A DNA stretch of 64,000 nt from Candidatus Nomurabacteria bacterium RIFCSPHIGHO2_02_40_30 (GCA_001785445.1 MFTV01000016.1:6259-70258); one strand, 5' to 3'. Numbered from the stretch's first letter, positions 39,761-49,715 are shown. The notes: generated by a model from the sequence alone, not told the origin. Translations and numbers: made by a program.

Positions 39761-40231
39761 CTACCAGGCAAAATGCGCAAAAGCTTTGTTAGCTTCAGCC
39801 ATTTTGTGAGTGTCTTCTTTCTTTTTAATAGCCGAGCCTTCGTTCTTCGATGCAGCAATTAATTCATCCGCTAATTTTAAATGCATTGGTTTGCCTTTAC
39901 CACCACGGGCTGCGTCACGAATCCACCGCATAGCGAGCGCTAGGCGGCGTTCTGGTCGCACTTCTATGGGCACTTGGTAGTTCGCACCTCCTATGCGCTT
40001 AGAGCGCACTTCCGTAGAAGGACCAGCATTTTTCATTGCGAGGTCAAAAATCTCAAGTGGATTGGGATTGCCTGTTTTTTCTTTTATTACATCAAAGGCC
40101 GCGTACATAACTTTTCTGGAAGTTTCTTTCTTGCCGGACCACATGATGTAATTTATAAATTTCTCCAACTTTTGAGAGTTGTAGATAAAGTCAGGCTGGA
40201 CTATATTTCTATTTTTTACTTTACGTCTCAT
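39761..40231 (-). CDS. rpsG: 30S ribosomal protein S7
   Basis: RIGGANYQVP, HKMAEANKAFAH. Confidence 0.98.
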   Translation of the reverse strand: MRRKVKNRNIVQPDFIYNSQKLEKFINYIMWSGKKETSRKVMYAAFDVIKEKTGNPNPLEIFDLAMKNAGPSTEVRSKRIGGANYQVPIEVRPERRLALAMRWIRDAARGGKGKPMHLKLADELIAASKNEGSAIKKKEDTHKMAEANKAFAHFAW

Positions 40232-40237
40232 AAATAA

Positions 40238-40654
40238 TTATTTGGCTTTAGGTTTCTTATTTCCATAAAGTGAACGACTTTGTCTCCTCTTTTCCACTCC
40301 TTGGGTATCGAGTACTCCACGCACGATATGATATCTCACTCCAATCAAGTCCTTCACACGCCCTCCACGAAGCATCACCACTGAGTGTTCTTGCAGATTG
40401 TGTCCTTCCCCAGGAATATATGCAGTAACTTCCATTCCATTAGTCAGACGAACACGGGCAATCTTTCGGAGAGCAGAGTTTGGCTTCTTTGGAGTGGTAG
40501 TTGAAACTTTCGTACAAACACCACGCTTGAAAGGCGCAGGGAAATAGACCGGTCGATTTTTCAAGACATTGAATCCTTTCGCCAGAGCTACGGTCTTGTG
40601 CTTGGAGCGGACTTTAACTCTATTTTTCTTAATTAATTGGTTGATTGTTGGCAT
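40238..40654 (-). CDS. rpsL: 30S ribosomal protein S12
   Basis: [27 protein letters not shown]. Confidence 0.99.
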   Translation of the reverse strand: MPTINQLIKKNRVKVRSKHKTVALAKGFNVLKNRPVYFPAPFKRGVCTKVSTTTPKKPNSALRKIARVRLTNGMEVTAYIPGEGHNLQEHSVVMLRGGRVKDLIGVRYHIVRGVLDTQGVEKRRQSRSLYGNKKPKAK

Positions 40655-40729
40655 AAAATTTGCAAAAAAGACTATAGAGAAACAAAATAGCCCACATGGG
40701 ACTATGCGAGTAATATACTATGAAATAGT

Positions 40730-41356
40730 CTAGAGCGCAAGACCAGTTAAGAGGTGAAATAGATAAGCTAGGATTGGGTACAAATAATCAGAAAAGAAAA
40801 CGATGAAAATTAGCAGTAAAATCAGTGACTGTTGTTCGTAAGCCAGAATGAAGTTAAAAGCTGATTCTGGAAGAAAAGAAAAGAGTATTTTCGAGCCATC
40901 AAGAGGCGGAATTGGAACTAGGTTAAATACCCCTAAAGCTAGATTCACAATAACAATTGTAGAAGTTATGAAGTAAAAACTCTCTGGCAAGGCATACTGC
41001 ATAAGAAAAGTAAGGCGAATAATAATACCGAAGATAACTGCAATAGAAAAATTTGCCAAAACTCCCGCGCAGGCCACAGCCATAGTTCCCCATCTTCTAT
41101 TGCTTAAATTGTTCGGATTGTATGGCACCGGTTTTGCCCAGCCGAAAAGAAATGGGGAGTGAGAAATTATCAAAACCACCGGTAAAATTATTGAGCCGAA
41201 TAAATCCAAATGTTTCAAAGGATTTAAAGTGAGCCGTCCGGCATAGCGGGCAGTCTTGTCGCCAAAATATTCTGCCATAAAGCCATGCGAGACTTCGTGT
41301 ATCACCACAGACATAATAAGTATGACTATATAAAATAGGCCGTTGGTTGCATCCAT
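40730..41356 (-). CDS. Site-2 protease family (M50) protein
   Basis: HEVSH, GRLTLNPL, FNLVPIPPLDG. Confidence 0.93.
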   Translation of the reverse strand: MDATNGLFYIVILIMSVVIHEVSHGFMAEYFGDKTARYAGRLTLNPLKHLDLFGSIILPVVLIISHSPFLFGWAKPVPYNPNNLSNRRWGTMAVACAGVLANFSIAVIFGIIIRLTFLMQYALPESFYFITSTIVIVNLALGVFNLVPIPPLDGSKILFSFLPESAFNFILAYEQQSLILLLIFIVFFSDYLYPILAYLFHLLTGLAL

Positions 41357-41387
41357 GTAATTTCTATGATAGCATGTGGGAACTATT

Positions 41388-41636
41388 ATGAAAACTTGCG
41401 TCATAACCAAAAAGAGCTCAATCGTCGGGGGCGGATATTCTAACAGAACCCGTGCCACTCAATTCAACCCGACTGGCAAAAAGCGAAAATACTTAAATCT
41501 TCAAAAGAAGAAGATTTTTATTCCGGAACTCAACAAATCCATGAGAATCAAAGTTTCCGTGCAGGGCATGCGCACCATGAAAAAAAATGGCGCCTACGCC
41601 ACTCTCCTCAAAGCCGGATTAATACAAGCGAAGTAG
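41388..41636 (+). CDS. rpmB: 50S ribosomal protein L28
   Basis: C.ITKK, KRKYLNLQKK, IKVSVQGMRT. Confidence 0.9.
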   Translation: MKTCVITKKSSIVGGGYSNRTRATQFNPTGKKRKYLNLQKKKIFIPELNKSMRIKVSVQGMRTMKKNGAYATLLKAGLIQAK

Positions 41637-41672
41637 GCTTGCATCGATTTTTACTACATGGTATATTATAAG

Positions 41673-41766
41673 TGTACCTGTGGGCGCAAGCCCCTTATCG
41701 GCTAAGGATTTTCCAAAGCTGAAGACAGGTATATAAAAGAAACCAAGCCCACGCTTGGTCTTTTTT
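41673..41766 (+). ncRNA. Candidate structured small RNA
   Basis: TTGCAT-N17-TATATT promoter; stems TGTACCTGT/ACAGGTATA and GGGC-GCAA-GCCC; terminator ACCAAGC-ccac-GCTTGGT-cTTTTTT. Confidence 0.6.
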
Positions 41767-41769
41767 ATT

Positions 41770-42210
41770 TTAGTCTTCGTCTATTCCAGAAATATAAAGT
41801 CTTTGATCATAAGGCATTACACTCCAAAATATTATATGGCCGTCACCTACTTGTTTTATGATAATTTTTATTTTATGTTTTTTGTCACTCAAGATGGCGT
41901 GAAAACCCCAATATTGAACTTGCTTCATTTTATAAAAACCACTCTGTTGCGGTTTGCCATACTTTTCTATTTGTATCCTATATTCTTGAAGAGTTCCACA
42001 TTTAGGAATTATTTCTACTGCTTTTTTTATAAGTATAAGCTTTAGTGTCTGTTCTTTTATATTTCTTGGAACACGATTAGGCTTATATTGAAGATGGTTG
42101 AACCCATCTGAATTTAGAATTATCTTAGCTTGAAAATATGGACAATAAATTTCTTTGTTGGTTTCGTAAATTAATTTTGCTTTTTCGTGAACACTCTTAA
42201 AATCTTTCAT
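41770..42210 (-). CDS. Basic hypothetical protein, possibly RelE/BECR-like nuclease
   Basis: YCPYF..NSDGFNHL..R; beta-rich C-terminus YWGF..IKIIIKQVGDG..FWSVMP. Confidence 0.6.
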   Translation of the reverse strand: MKDFKSVHEKAKLIYETNKEIYCPYFQAKIILNSDGFNHLQYKPNRVPRNIKEQTLKLILIKKAVEIIPKCGTLQEYRIQIEKYGKPQQSGFYKMKQVQYWGFHAILSDKKHKIKIIIKQVGDGHIIFWSVMPYDQRLYISGIDED

Positions 42211-42308
42211 AGCAAAAAGTATAACATAAAAAATGAGAACTAAAAAAAATGAGGAAAAAGACACCTACGCCACTCTCCTCAAAGCCGGACTGGTTTAAAA
42301 CCAGTAAA

Positions 42309-43631
42309 CTATTTTACGTTAATTGTTTCTATAATTTTCTCTATCTCTTTTTCATAACTTTCGTAATCTGGGTATGTTGCCTCTACTCTCAAAATACTAA
42401 TATTATTTGCTACAGTTTCGTAATGAACAGATTCGTTTGATTCTTTTTTTTCTTTCCGTTTATAAAATTCGTATTTACCAATTTTGATTAATTGTGTATT
42501 TGGGGGACGATTTTTTACTACGGCTTCAATAGAACTACTATCATTAAACTTGGTCAACGAGATGACTGCCTGAAATGGATCCTGAATAAGATATAGACTC
42601 ATGGATACTTCGTCCCTAGCCTGCTCATAAAGCTTATAAACTGAAGAATAATTAAATGAAACAAAATAGCTATCAAAAAATTTTACAGAACTGGCATCTT
42701 GTTGAATAAAACCAGTTTTTGGATCAACTATATAACGTCTATGATTTTTTATACTCATCAAACACTGTTCTTCCGTATGCGAAATAAGTTGATTTGTTTC
42801 ACAGAAATTTGGATCTATATATTTCCAATACCTTGAAGAATCCATAGAAAATAGTTCAGTCTCTGTAATTGGAACACTTTTGTCAATTTGGTTATACACT
42901 TTCAATTTACAGAGTTTATTAAATTCTTCACCCGGCTTAACTGAAGCAATCATTCTATTACTAAAATCTGGACCTTCTAAATACTTAATACCAACTAATT
43001 TATATAGAACGTTCAATTTTTTCTTAGTAACCAAAAAACTATCATGAAACTCAAAGAGTATTACACCAGTATTTTTTAAATATTTTTCACCACTCTTATT
43101 ATCAAATTCTTCTTTCAAAATATCTGGGTCGGTTGAAATTCCCAAAGTCGTACTTTTGAGAATTTCTTTGTTGCCATAAACTGGAATGGTGATTTGCTTG
43201 CCATCAGAAGTACTAAGTATACGATTACTATCATTACTATCTTGTGTATAACCTAAATTATATTCACATAATTTCTGTTCACCTATTCCGCCAAGGATTG
43301 CTAAAATAAGTATAATAATTAAAGAAACAACAAATTTATATCTTATGTTAAGTTTATCGACGATATAATAAAGAATTCCAGAAAGTTTATAAAATAAGAC
43401 TAACATTAAAATAACCCCAGGGATAATAGTGATGGGGTTAGGTAAACCGGGAAAGTAACCACCAGTTAAAAAAAGCTCTGGAAGAAAGTAAAACGGAAAC
43501 CAAAAAATATGCAAGAGAAAATCCAACGAAGGATTCCAGAAATATATTGACCACGGGGAAAAATAATAAAAAGTAAGAAATATTGGCAAAACTGATAGGA
43601 AAAATATTCCTTTAGTTTTTATCTTGTCCAT
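42309..43631 (-). CDS. Hypothetical membrane-anchored protein (very AT-rich)
   Basis: 4 N-terminal TM segments plus a soluble domain. Confidence 0.65.
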   Translation of the reverse strand: MDKIKTKGIFFLSVLPIFLTFYYFSPWSIYFWNPSLDFLLHIFWFPFYFLPELFLTGGYFPGLPNPITIIPGVILMLVLFYKLSGILYYIVDKLNIRYKFVVSLIIILILAILGGIGEQKLCEYNLGYTQDSNDSNRILSTSDGKQITIPVYGNKEILKSTTLGISTDPDILKEEFDNKSGEKYLKNTGVILFEFHDSFLVTKKKLNVLYKLVGIKYLEGPDFSNRMIASVKPGEEFNKLCKLKVYNQIDKSVPITETELFSMDSSRYWKYIDPNFCETNQLISHTEEQCLMSIKNHRRYIVDPKTGFIQQDASSVKFFDSYFVSFNYSSVYKLYEQARDEVSMSLYLIQDPFQAVISLTKFNDSSSIEAVVKNRPPNTQLIKIGKYEFYKRKEKKESNESVHYETVANNISILRVEATYPDYESYEKEIEKIIETINVK

Positions 43632-43652
43632 GATTAGTATTTTATCATAGAT

Positions 43653-44954
43653 TTACGCTGGCACGAAGGTCAGGGCTGTGCCAGCTTTGCCGGAGCGGCC
43701 AGTGCGGCCGATGCGATGCACGTAGGTATCGTAGGTTTGTGGCACATCATAGTTTATGACATGAGTCACATCAGGAATGTCTAGCCCCCTAGCTGCCACA
43801 TCTGTCGCAATCAGTATATTTATTTTGTCCTGCTTGAAAGAGTCCAATATGCGGATGCGTTCTCGGCTTCTTTTATCACCATGAATGCCGCCCACTTTGA
43901 AGCCCATATGAGAAAGTTCTTTGGCTAGTGTATCTACGCTGTGTTTCATCTCACGGAAAATTAAAACTTTGTCCGAGCCGTCTTTTTTCAAAACTTCATG
44001 AAGTTTTTCTAATTTTTCTTCTTTACTTCTGGTACGAATCACATCTTGGTGGATGTTTTTTGCTGTTTCCCCAGAAATTACGGAAATAAACGCAGGATTT
44101 TTCAAATATTGTTCGGTTAACTTTTTAATTTCCGGAGAAAGTGTAGCAGAGAAGAAAAGTGTCTGCCTTTCTTTATTGGTTTTGCCGATTATGTAAATCA
44201 TGTCGTCACGAAAGCCCATGTCGAGCATACGGTCAGCCTCGTCTAGCACCACGCTGTGGCATGTCGAGAGGTCGAGAATTTTTTTCTCTATTAGGTCGCG
44301 AAGTCTTCCTGGAGTTCCGATGACGAAAGACACACCAAGTTTTATTTCACGGATTTGCTTCATAATAGGCAGACCTCCTACGCATGCTACAGAAAACATC
44401 CCGAACCCGAATGCAAGATTTTTAAAATCAGATTCTATCTGCAGTGCCAGCTCGCGAGTCGGCGCCATGATAAGAATCATTTCTCTTTTATTCTGTCCTC
44501 TGGTCTTTGCAACTTTCTCAATCAACGGTAAAAGAAATGCTGCAGTCTTGCCGGTACCGGTATTGGCCATACCGAAAACATCCCTGCCCTCGAGTATTGT
44601 AGGAATGGATTGGTCTTGAATCGGACGTGGATGAACATAGCCTGCTTTCGAAATATTTTTATGTAGTTGAGCATTAAAAGGAAAATTAGCAAAAGTATGT
44701 TTCGACACATAAGGCTTTTCTTCTACATGAGTTCCCTTCTTTATGAAACGAGAAAAATCTATTCTCTCTCCACGAGAACGCTTGTTACTACTTGGTCGTC
44801 TATTTCCGCCACTCTTAAAACCACCACTTTTGAAAGTAGGCCTAGAAGTATTGCTGTATATTCTTTTTGTTCCTCCACCAAAACTAGGTTTAGTTTTAAA
44901 AGCAGAAGTGTGATTGCCGAATTTCTTCGGAGAAGCCGAATGAGTTTTGTACAT
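43653..44954 (-). CDS. DEAD-box RNA helicase
   Basis: TGTGKT, PTRELA, DEAD, SAT, HRIGRTGR. Confidence 0.97.
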   Translation of the reverse strand: MYKTHSASPKKFGNHTSAFKTKPSFGGGTKRIYSNTSRPTFKSGGFKSGGNRRPSSNKRSRGERIDFSRFIKKGTHVEEKPYVSKHTFANFPFNAQLHKNISKAGYVHPRPIQDQSIPTILEGRDVFGMANTGTGKTAAFLLPLIEKVAKTRGQNKREMILIMAPTRELALQIESDFKNLAFGFGMFSVACVGGLPIMKQIREIKLGVSFVIGTPGRLRDLIEKKILDLSTCHSVVLDEADRMLDMGFRDDMIYIIGKTNKERQTLFFSATLSPEIKKLTEQYLKNPAFISVISGETAKNIHQDVIRTRSKEEKLEKLHEVLKKDGSDKVLIFREMKHSVDTLAKELSHMGFKVGGIHGDKRSRERIRILDSFKQDKINILIATDVAARGLDIPDVTHVINYDVPQTYDTYVHRIGRTGRSGKAGTALTFVPA

Positions 44955-45015
44955 AATGGGTCACTCCCAGTTATGTATTAGATGAGAATGATGTATAAAG
45001 TATAGCATTTTAACA

Positions 45016-45450
45016 CTATTTTGTCAACACTTCTAAAGTTTTCTTAATTATATCTTCTACAGAATTATAGTAATAAAATTGGAAATTTTTATGGTCAATT
45101 CCTCGAATAAGATTCGAGACGGTAGAGTCTTTATGAGCCACAGCTAAGACAGGTATTCCCATTTTCTCCACAGCTGTTGCTATTTCATAACCAAGACCAA
45201 GTGAGGCATGGTCACATATCGCAAGGAGGTAATCGGCTTTCATCACGGAATTCTTAATGTCGTGGTCATAGACCATTTTAGGCATGGCTGTAGACGGACC
45301 GGTAATTCCCAGAAATTCCATGACCTCAAAATGTTCTCCGAGCTCTTTTCTTATTTGCGTAATCATTTTCAAAAAATTATCTTTTTGATCCAATGGAAGT
45401 TTGGTGAGCGCGCAACCGATATATAATTTCCTCTTAAGATTATTTGCCAT
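45016..45450 (-). CDS. Nucleoside 2-deoxyribosyltransferase / nucleotide N-glycosidase family (DNPH1/MilB-like)
   Basis: LYIGCAL, YDHD, ADYLLA, SLGLGYEIATA, S..I.G. Confidence 0.75.
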   Translation of the reverse strand: MANNLKRKLYIGCALTKLPLDQKDNFLKMITQIRKELGEHFEVMEFLGITGPSTAMPKMVYDHDIKNSVMKADYLLAICDHASLGLGYEIATAVEKMGIPVLAVAHKDSTVSNLIRGIDHKNFQFYYYNSVEDIIKKTLEVLTK

Positions 45451-45460
45451 ATTATTCAAA

Positions 45461-45952
45461 TTAACGGCCTATTATATTGTCTGGGTCTTTTTTATTAAAA
45501 AGAATTTCACTGTCTTCAAGTAAATACACATCTTTGATGCCGGCAGAAATAATATTATCCCAGCAACTCTTGCAACACCACCAATGTCCCCACATGTATA
45601 AGTCTGCCTCTTTTAGATCATGGCCTTGGTCTTTGGCATTTTTAATTGCGCGACTCTCGCCATGATTTTTCGGATGGCAGCCCTCGCAGAGTTCATAGCC
45701 CTCTCCTGTGGGAATATTTCGTTTTACACGCTCACAAATATGAGTTTGATGATATGTACTGCCGTTAGCCCCACGGCCTATGATAACTCCATCTTTAACA
45801 ATCACACTTGTGTTAGGCATTTCTTTATCAAGAGAATTTACTCGGGCATATTCCTTTGCTTCTGCCATAAATTGATTGGAAATTGGCATATATAAAATAG
45901 TTCGTCCTTCGGGTATATATGGAGCTGTGTATTTAGAGTTTTTTGTTTCCAT
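45461..45952 (-). CDS. Divergent dCMP-deaminase-family zinc deaminase
   Basis: HGE and WWCCKSC catalytic zinc motifs; CER..IPTGEGYELC insert. Confidence 0.85.
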   Translation of the reverse strand: METKNSKYTAPYIPEGRTILYMPISNQFMAEAKEYARVNSLDKEMPNTSVIVKDGVIIGRGANGSTYHQTHICERVKRNIPTGEGYELCEGCHPKNHGESRAIKNAKDQGHDLKEADLYMWGHWWCCKSCWDNIISAGIKDVYLLEDSEILFNKKDPDNIIGR

Positions 45953-45977
45953 AAAGTTATATTGTATACTCTACTAT

Positions 45978-46811
45978 ATGACATCTTTCGACACAATCTA
46001 TCAAAATATCATCAAGAGAATCATGGAAGAAGGAGAGGAAGAACTCAATGAACGCACAGGTCACAAGACAAAAGCTTTGGCTGGGACAACCTTTTCTATT
46101 GATATTGAGAAAGATGGTTTCCCTGTATTAACCCTTCGTAAGCAACCATTAAAGTCCCCTATTGCTGAACAGGTCTGGTTTATACAAGGAGAAAAAGATG
46201 CCACATTTTTGCGAAAATTTACCAAAATATGGGATGCGTTTTTAGAAACAGACGGCACTCTCTCTTCGGCTTACGGTTGGCGTTGGCGAAATCATTTCGG
46301 AAGGGACCAACTCGGCAAAGCAATTGAGCTTTTGGAAAAAGAACCAAGTTCCCGACATGGAGTAATTGTGACTTGGGATCCAAGTGATGACGGTCATGGA
46401 GGAACTCCTAAGAAAAATGTTCCTTGCCCCTACACCTATACCATAAATATTATTGGGGGTAGGCTCAACATGCACAACATAGTTCGCTCCAATGATATGA
46501 TACTTGGTTGTCCATTTGATGTATTCGGTTTTGCCCTTTTGCAATGCATGATTGCAGAGAGGCTTGGCGTCCGCCCCGGAGTATATACTCATTCAATATC
46601 TAACGCTCATGTGTATGACAACCACTACGAGGGAGCCAAAGAAATTATTGGAAGAACGAATGACCATCAAAAAATAGAGCTGCATTTACCAAAAGATGCA
46701 TTTCGCCGAGCCGAACAAAAAGACGAAAATCTAGTCGGAGAAATTCTAGCAGATTTACAAGCTCAATATAACCCTCTTCCGCCTATCGGCGGGCTCGAAA
46801 TTGCTTTATGA
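45978..46811 (+). CDS. thyA: Thymidylate synthase homolog (Asn177->Asp variant)
   Basis: RTG, FPVLT, EQVWF, YGWRWR, VPC, RSND..LGCPFD, AHVYDNH. Confidence 0.9.
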   Translation: MTSFDTIYQNIIKRIMEEGEEELNERTGHKTKALAGTTFSIDIEKDGFPVLTLRKQPLKSPIAEQVWFIQGEKDATFLRKFTKIWDAFLETDGTLSSAYGWRWRNHFGRDQLGKAIELLEKEPSSRHGVIVTWDPSDDGHGGTPKKNVPCPYTYTINIIGGRLNMHNIVRSNDMILGCPFDVFGFALLQCMIAERLGVRPGVYTHSISNAHVYDNHYEGAKEIIGRTNDHQKIELHLPKDAFRRAEQKDENLVGEILADLQAQYNPLPPIGGLEIAL

Positions 46812-47311
46812 ACAAAAAAATTATCTCGCTTATCGCGGCAATTGGTAAGAATAATGAATTGGGTAAAAACAATAATCTTGTCTGGAGTATGCCGACAGAT
46901 TTAAAATATTTTAGAGAAAAGACATCTGGTCATCCGGTAATCATGGGTAGGAAAACTTTTGAAGCCATCGGCCGACCAATGCCAAATAGAAAAAATATTG
47001 TTATTACTCGAGACAAAAGCTATCTACGCCATGGCGTAGATGTAGTAAATTCGTTGGAAGAAGCATTGAGTTTAGCGAAACTAGAAAAAAATGAAGAAAT
47101 ATTTATTATTGGTGGCGAAGAAATTTTCAAACAAGCCATGCCTATAGCAGAGAGGCTTTACATAACTCACATAGAAGCAGAAGACAAAGATGCTGACACC
47201 TTTTTCCCCGAAATTGTTCGGATAGTCTGGAACGAGGTCTCGCGCAAAGAACATCAGCCGGATGAAGACAATCCTTTTGCTTACACTTTTTCAGTCTACG
47301 AAAAAATTTAA
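46808..47311 (+). CDS. folA: Dihydrofolate reductase
   Basis: LIAA, DLKYF, VIMGRKTFE, IIGG, DTFFP. Confidence 0.96.
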   Translation: MNKKIISLIAAIGKNNELGKNNNLVWSMPTDLKYFREKTSGHPVIMGRKTFEAIGRPMPNRKNIVITRDKSYLRHGVDVVNSLEEALSLAKLEKNEEIFIIGGEEIFKQAMPIAERLYITHIEAEDKDADTFFPEIVRIVWNEVSRKEHQPDEDNPFAYTFSVYEKI

Positions 47312-47637
47312 GGATCCTTGCGAGTTCTAATCCGGAGAAAAATATCCTTGCCATCGGGAGACTTACTTTTTTTATATTTTCTGTTTTTGTTGATTTTAAT
47401 TTTTCGAATGAGTTCCTTTTCCAGATCGAAGCCCATAGTCTCGCACATTCCCAAAAGAAATATCGTTACATCCGCAAACTCTTCCGCTACGCCTTTTTCT
47501 CCCTTATTAAATTTGGAAAATGCTTCCGAAAGTTCTTCATGCGCTCGGCAAAATTCCAAAGCCGTATCGCTAAGATTAAAACCTTTTTCTATTTTATTGC
47601 GCATTACTTCTTTCTGAAGTTTTTTGAGATTTATCAT
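47308..47637 (-). CDS. MazG-like all-alpha NTP pyrophosphatase
   Basis: EELSE...EEFADV motif. Confidence 0.85.
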   Translation of the reverse strand: MINLKKLQKEVMRNKIEKGFNLSDTALEFCRAHEELSEAFSKFNKGEKGVAEEFADVTIFLLGMCETMGFDLEKELIRKIKINKNRKYKKSKSPDGKDIFLRIRTRKDP

Positions 47638-47641
47638 AAAT

Positions 47642-47992
47642 TTATTCTGTGACAACTCTTTTAACGCCCAGACTATTGGCCATTTTAGCGCAGGCAACGC
47701 ACGGCTTCACCTTACAGTACATCGTAGCCCCATTTAGTGAAATTCCGAACTTCAGAGCTTGAGTAATAGCATTGTGTTCAGCATGGACTGTCCTTTGACA
47801 CTGCCCCAACTTTATATCATGCCCAACTTCATCACAATGCGGCAGTCCCGAAAGCGAGCCGGTATACCCAGTGGCAATCACTCTATTGTCGGAAACAATC
47901 ACGCACCCGCTTCCATTTTTATCACAGGTAGCTCGGGAGCCCACACAGTCGGTCATCGTCATAAAATATTCATCCCAAGAAGGTCGTTTCAT
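47642..47992 (-). CDS. dCMP deaminase (ComEB-like)
   Basis: RPSWDEYFM, RATC, HAEHNA, PCVAC. Confidence 0.93.
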   Translation of the reverse strand: MKRPSWDEYFMTMTDCVGSRATCDKNGSGCVIVSDNRVIATGYTGSLSGLPHCDEVGHDIKLGQCQRTVHAEHNAITQALKFGISLNGATMYCKVKPCVACAKMANSLGVKRVVTE

Positions 47993-48034
47993 TTCTTTAA
48001 TATACTCCGAGTGCAAGAAAAAGGAAAGCAAAAC

Positions 48035-49045
48035 TCAATTAGCATCTTTCTTTCCAAGTGCCTTTAGAACCTTTAGATACATAGCTTCAACAATTTTTCT
48101 CTGGGTCTTGCCAGTGGTAACATAGTGGTCGAGTCCCGGAGCCGCATTTATTTCAATAATATAATAAGAACAATTTTTTGGATTCTTGGTAATATCTCCT
48201 CTTCTGACCATAACGTCCACTCCGGCAATACGAAGCCCCATATTTCTGGTAAGCTTTGTGGCAATTTTACGGAAACCTTTATGAATAGTATTAGTTACAT
48301 CTAGGGAATCCCCGCCAGTAGAAAGATTGGCATTATCAAGCAAATATATTTTTTTATTTTTTGGAAGAACAGTCTTAAATGAATAGCTTTGTTGTTGCAG
48401 TTTTATTTTTATTCTTTTATCTTCGAAATTTATTCTGGTATCTCGTTCCTGCAAAACAAAAGATTTTTGTTTTCGTTTCAAAAGTGCAAGTATAGAACTT
48501 TTACCATCTCCGACGACAGAAAGCGCCATCCGCTCATAAGCAGAAATTATTTCTCCATCCAAAACGACAATACGGTAGTCTCTCCCAGGCAAATATCGCT
48601 CAATGATAGCTATTTTATCCACCTTGAAAACTTCTTGTAAAGCATTTTTTAATTCTTTCTCACTACCAACAAGGCATACTCCATTGCCCTGACTTTTGCT
48701 ATTAGGTTTTACAATGACCGGATAGCCAAGACTTTTAGCATATTTTATTCCATAAGAGATAGTGCGGTTGCTTTTCACTGTTTTCGCCCAGTTGTCTTCA
48801 AACACAGTTTGCCCTTCCGCTACGGGAAAGCCTCTTTTGGCCATAAAAAATTTTGCATAATCTTTATCTCGAGCAATATCACTTGAAGCTATATGATTTA
48901 AGTCCAGCGAATACATACGAAGTGAACGAACTACGCCATTGGAGTAAATTATTTGTGCTGCAATACCCCATTCGGGTTCTACCACAACTTTTGCACCGAC
49001 TTTTGGGGCAAGTTTTTTAATTAATTTTGTTAAATAAGGGAGCAT
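48035..49045 (-). CDS. ATP-grasp ligase (similar to cyanophycin synthetase N-domain / GshF C-domain)
   Basis: DKDYAK, PVIVKP, IERYLPGRDYR, VVGDG, NLSTGG, GVD, IEINAAPG. Confidence 0.85.
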   Translation of the reverse strand: MLPYLTKLIKKLAPKVGAKVVVEPEWGIAAQIIYSNGVVRSLRMYSLDLNHIASSDIARDKDYAKFFMAKRGFPVAEGQTVFEDNWAKTVKSNRTISYGIKYAKSLGYPVIVKPNSKSQGNGVCLVGSEKELKNALQEVFKVDKIAIIERYLPGRDYRIVVLDGEIISAYERMALSVVGDGKSSILALLKRKQKSFVLQERDTRINFEDKRIKIKLQQQSYSFKTVLPKNKKIYLLDNANLSTGGDSLDVTNTIHKGFRKIATKLTRNMGLRIAGVDVMVRRGDITKNPKNCSYYIIEINAAPGLDHYVTTGKTQRKIVEAMYLKVLKALGKKDAN

Positions 49046-49715
49046 AAATATCTTCTTTTTTCTTAAAATTTATTTCTTTTTTATTTGTTTTGGCAGTAAA
49101 TATAACAGGCGCATTCTTTACTAAGACCAAAGGCTGACGTTCGTTGCCTTCACCCATACAAAGAGTTGCGGCAGTAGCTAGGCTGTCAGCTACATTTACT
49201 TTTTGATATATAAATTTTCTACCGAAAATATCTTTTTTACCTTTATAGCTTTTTACCCCTTTGAAACCAGCATATCCAAGCGCCAGACCAATGACTCCAC
49301 TACGAAAAGGTACTAAGCCACTATCTGAAATAATGACACCTAGATTTTTTACTTTATACTTAGCGCAAAGAAGAGCTCTTATTTTCTTCGCAGAGAAAAA
49401 GCTCTTTTTTGGTAAAAAAATAAGCTGGCCGTCTCCATTTGATTCGTCAATACCGGCATCCGCCATAACAATACCATCTTTAATGGTAAGCCAGACAAGC
49501 TTAGTATTGATTGCCAAGCTACTCTCCTTTTTTATGAGCTCAACTTTTTGTTTTTTATTTTTATACTCTATAGTTCTGCCTTCCGCAAGAGAGACTACCT
49601 TGGAAGTTACAACTAAGACAGACTTTTCAGGAATTTTTTTAACGTACTTAAAAATAAAAGAAAATAAATCTTCGTTCTCGTGAAATATTCTGGTTTTAAT
49701 TGCTTTGATTTGCAT
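49017..49715 (-). CDS. CofE-family gamma-glutamyl ligase (FolC2-like)
   Basis: VTSKVVSLAEG, AGIDESN, GVIISDS, MGEGNERQP. Confidence 0.88.
   Translation of the reverse strand: MQIKAIKTRIFHENEDLFSFIFKYVKKIPEKSVLVVTSKVVSLAEGRTIEYKNKKQKVELIKKESSLAINTKLVWLTIKDGIVMADAGIDESNGDGQLIFLPKKSFFSAKKIRALLCAKYKVKNLGVIISDSGLVPFRSGVIGLALGYAGFKGVKSYKGKKDIFGRKFIYQKVNVADSLATAATLCMGEGNERQPLVLVKNAPVIFTAKTNKKEINFKKKEDIYAPLFNKIN

Larger units (their letters stand above)
41593..42289. mobile_element. Islet bounded by a 26-bp direct repeat of the rpmB 3' end
   Basis: CCTACGCCACTCTCCTCAAAGCCGGA at 41593-41618 and 42264-42289. Confidence 0.75.

Noticed and set aside
48035-49715. Cyanophycin or F420 biosynthesis
   Set aside because: The ATP-grasp lacks the Mur-ligase half of CphA, and there is no cphB or other cof/fbi gene in the window
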